Origin: a virus
Virus record (IMG/VR): IMGVR_UViG_3300029989_000006
Length of the DNA stretch: 64,000 nucleotides
Reading direction: 5' to 3' (one strand)
Made by a program: the position numbers and the translations under genes. The notes under the pieces were generated by a model. It was given only the letters and a program-made list of their open reading frames with translations. It was not told where the DNA came from and did no database searches. Below are positions 60,301-64,000 of this stretch, in pieces. Positions within the stretch are counted from its first letter, which is position 1; every line of letters begins with the position of its first letter.

Positions 60301-60855
60301 ATAAAAGTTATTTAAAATAATAAATAATGCATTATCTGTTTGTGCTTCTATAGTTGTATCACTAAAACTGTTTAAATAATCCTCTAATTTATTTAATTCA
60401 TCTATTGGAGCAGTAGTATTTAATACTCCAGTAATGTTTAGATTATTAAAATAAGTATCAATTTTATTTTCTGAAGCAAGATTTAATAATTCCTGAAAAT
60501 TAATCTTCTGATATTTAGTTCCATTAATTTTTTTATAATCAAAGGCAATATCATAATTAAGATTCTTTCATATTGCATTTTGTAATGAATTATTAGTTAC
60601 CTTCTTACTAATAAGTTCATTTAATTTAGTAATAACCTCGGAATCTTTAGTGTTTCTAATTATGTTATTTATTTCATTTACTGTTAAACCTGTATGTAAT
60701 GAATTTAAATAGGCAAGCAAATTACTAGTACCTTCTTCTTTAGAAGTTGGGAGTAATTCTAGAAATTTTTGATCCTGTAAAGATATTTGGTTTACAGTGG
60801 AGGGGATTCTTAGTTCCCCCCCATTTGGTAATTTTACATAAAAATAGCACTTCAT
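57325..60855 (-). CDS. giant virion cargo protein with zincin-like HExxH motif (TGA=Trp), about 1176 aa
   Basis: Five ORF fragments in one frame, each ending at TGA; ATG in TAATG overlap; IIHEYLH near C-terminus; TAA at 57325. Confidence 0.82.
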
Positions 60856-63800
60856 TATATACAATTATAATTAATTATTAATCCCTTTAAGTTAATTAGG
60901 TTTTTTAATTTATCTACATTTCTAGTTAACTCTAAATTTGCGTTATTTACTATATCCATTTCAGTATTAATAACATAATCTCCATTTACTAATGATAAAT
61001 TATTATTAACTCCAGTTGTTAATTTATTTCTAACATTTAAAGTTAAAAATAATAAAGTATTTAATTTACTTCTATAGATTTCTATTCTAATTGCTGGATT
61101 TTCAATTGGTAATAAATCAAGTAGTTTTGCTTCTCCTCTATCAATTGCAACTGAATATTTTATATATTCTCCTGCAATATTATTATTATTCTTTATATAA
61201 TCCTCAAACATTGGAGTTAATCTCTTATCTCCATAAGAATCATTATTTACAATTAAATTATAAACATAAAGTAAATCTTTTCACTGCATATTAACTCCTC
61301 TTACATTTGGTATTTTTACACACTTTTGATCAATTTCATTAAATTGATTTAATAATATCTGAAATTTTTCCAAATTAATAGTTGAATTTAAACTGCTAAT
61401 AGGAAAAGTTGGAGTAACCTGTGTTGTGGAAATATTAAAGCTATTTTTAACAGTAGATAATCTTAATATATTACCTAAATCTGTATTTTGTTCATTTTTT
61501 AAAATTTGTAATCCTAATACTTCTACCATTCTTTTAAAATTAGCAATACCAGTATCAGTTTTTAAATCAATTATATAATCAGGATCAGTAACTTTTACTG
61601 TTACAACTTTTCCTTGGTCAAATACTGTAGGATTTACAAGTAAAGCTCCTGAAGTTGAAATCTTAGCTAAATCATCTCTGTATAAAGTTATTGAGTTTAT
61701 ACCTGCTAATCTTAATCAATCCTGAACTTTAAATACTAATGCTTCAGCTTTTTCTCCATTTTTTAATCAAGAGGCAACAGCTAATTTATCATATAAATTA
61801 ATTATTCTTCTAATCATAACATCATCAATGTTGATAGAAAATGCAGGATTACCTCTTCAAGTTTTAATTGCTCCTTTATTATATTGTTGGATATTTAGAG
61901 AATTTGTTCTGATAATATCACGCATTTGCGAAAATATAAAATTATACTTTTTTGACGATATTAAAAGTATATTATTAATAATACCAACACCATCAATCAT
62001 AGCTTTGAAATGTGGTGAATTTTCTATCACATCAAAAATATTTATTGTATTTTTTATAAGATTGTAATAGCTTGTGGTTATTTTTCTATAATTTTCATTC
62101 TTTGGATGCATATAATATCTAAAGTCAAACTGCCCTCCCAATAAACTTACATTTTTAGTTTCTTCAACACCAGTTGAATTAATAAAAGATATCTCTACAT
62201 TATTTGCTAAATTAAATATATCTCTAACATAACCTCTATCCTTTTCTCCTTCATGCAGAAGTGGATTTTGTCTAATGACTCTATTAATTAATGAAATTCT
62301 AAATTGTTCAGATGTATCCCAAGTTGAACTATCTCTTAATTTTATTGCATCCTGTCCAAATATGGCACCCTCTCTATTTCATAGAATTTGATCAAATCCA
62401 GTTAAGAATCTATTTAATTCTATAGAATTAGCAGCAATTTTCTGATTAACTTTTAACATACTTGCTAAAATCTTAAATTCTTGTGCTCCTTCATAAATAT
62501 CATGAAATGTTTCTAGATCTTTAAATTGCTGTAATATAGATGCCTCTAATTGTTTCTTTTCATTATCAAATTGTGTTGAAATTAATATAGTTTCTTTCTC
62601 AGTTTTTGGAATTATTTGAGAATATTTTTTCTCAAGTTCTTCAATTAATTTTGTTTTATCATTATTTAGCATTGTTTCATAAGATACTAATAATTCATTA
62701 ATATATAATTTCTTTGGATCTTTAAAATAATTTGTATTTAATCCTTTAATTAGATATTGAACAATTGGAGAATTCATATATTTTACTACTTCATCAATTG
62801 AAATTCCTAATGAAGTTAGGTATAAATGGGTTCCTAATAATTCAGTTATTCCATTAATTTTTGCCATAACTAACTCCTTTGCATTATCAGTTGCACCTGA
62901 TATAATATTTGAAACAACTACTGCAGCTCTATTGTTAAGAACATCCAGCTGTTTATTTAATTTAGTTAATCCAAAAGCATCTTCTAATTCCTTAGTCATT
63001 TCTTTAGATATATTAATATCTGCAATTGAGGAGATATTATATGATTTACCATTAATATTAAAGGTTTTCAAGAAAGCTTTATTACTTAATCTTAAATCTT
63101 CTGGTTGAGTTTCTAAATGTTTATATCAATTATTGTAATAATTAGTTAATGCTAAAAATACTTTTAATCCATTTGCACCAATACCTACATCAGCCTTACC
63201 AACTGCTGCCTCTTTCTGTTGTTTATAGAAACTTAACATATCTCAATTTGATAAATTTCTATAACTTGCATCCATTCCTGCATTTTTTGCAGCATCATGA
63301 AGTGATTCTACATCTACTGGTATAGAAGAAAGAAATTGACTACTTGGGGCAGAAATAACTTGTCTAATTCTTGCAATAACAGAATTTTTTACTGCATTTT
63401 TAGAATAAATAAATTTCTTAAATGAATTATGTTTATTAACTAAATTTAAAACTAAGTTTGCATATGGATTTATATTATTTTTAATAACAATAACATCTAC
63501 TTGATTAAGTTTTCTTAAGATATTTCCAATAATTTTTGCTTCATCTAAAGATAAATTAATATCTGAAAGATCTTCAATATCACTTGGAATATTAGTTATT
63601 TTTGAAAAATCTAATATATCTTGATCTAGATTAATACCATTATCATTAAATGTGTATTTTTTATATGAAGGTAATGGAAATTTCTCTAATTCATTTAACT
63701 CCTCAACTGTTGAATAATTTGATAAATTAGTTCAAGTATCATATTGACCACTTTTATTAAATCCATATCCCATGATATATGCTTTATCAATATCGAAGTC

Positions 63801-64000
63801 AGATCCTTGAATTCAAATCTGTCATATTGATACATAGGCATCATTTGATTCTGTACTAAAATATCCAATATTCTTCATCTCCATTGCAGATTGTAAAGAT
63901 TGTGCTGGAATTCTAGAAACAATAAACTGATGTGATTTCTGCCATGAAGCATAAACTCTTTCTGATAAAGTATCTAATACTCCCTCTTTGTTATTAATAA
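60855..64000 (-). CDS. virion RNA polymerase catalytic subunit (crAss-like), C-terminal part; TGA=Trp; starts outside window
   Basis: RIPAQ and QGSDFDIDK catalytic motif at about 63783-63809, in frame with all downstream fragments to TAA at 60855. Confidence 0.9.

Noticed and set aside
52719-62067. Plus-strand ORFs within the late block (52719, 53236, 53581, 54129, 61091, 61828)
   Set aside because: Antisense shadows of the giant recoded minus-strand genes.
52733-64000. Late genes as pseudogenes or sequencing errors
   Set aside because: Breaks examined are all TGA, with no frameshifts and intact catalytic motifs.
1-64000. Genome-wide code 4 or 25 (Mycoplasma or Gracilibacteria/SR1 host)
   Set aside because: TGA is used as stop in ATGA-coupled genes, recoded TGAs sit at Trp not Gly positions, and promoters look Bacteroidota-type.
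1-64000. CRISPR array, DGR/retron reverse transcriptase, inteins
   Set aside because: No repeat-spacer array, RT motif or intein-sized insertion seen in PolA, DnaB or NrdJ.

Overview
Very AT-rich segment of a large tailed dsDNA phage of crAss-like (Crassvirales-type) architecture, most likely infecting a Bacteroidota host (TAnnTTTG promoter boxes, A-rich start contexts without Shine-Dalgarno). Layout: (1) 1-11.3 kb: tRNA/structured-RNA cluster (11 tRNAs, 3 aberrant tRNA-like RNAs, several stem-closed ncRNA candidates) interleaved with small ORFs; (2) 11.3-52.7 kb, + strand: host-takeover, replication and nucleotide-metabolism genes (RNase H, ClpP, ferritin, PolA, SF2 helicase, DnaB, primase, Dda/RecD helicase, class II RNR, dUTPase, ligase, ThyX, M15 endolysin), with two group I introns and four nuclease/homing-endonuclease ORFs; (3) 52.7-64 kb, - strand: three giant virion cargo/RNA-polymerase genes, open only if TGA is read as Trp. 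Main observations: two genetic codes coexist (TGA=stop in early/middle genes, TGA=Trp in late genes and in three endonucleases embedded in the standard-code region); five tRNAs replace the near-universal G19-C56 elbow pair with compensatory A-U, U-A or C-G pairs; and the cluster contains a tRNA with no anticodon arm and two rearranged tRNA-like RNAs. All calls come from manual reading; no database searches were run.
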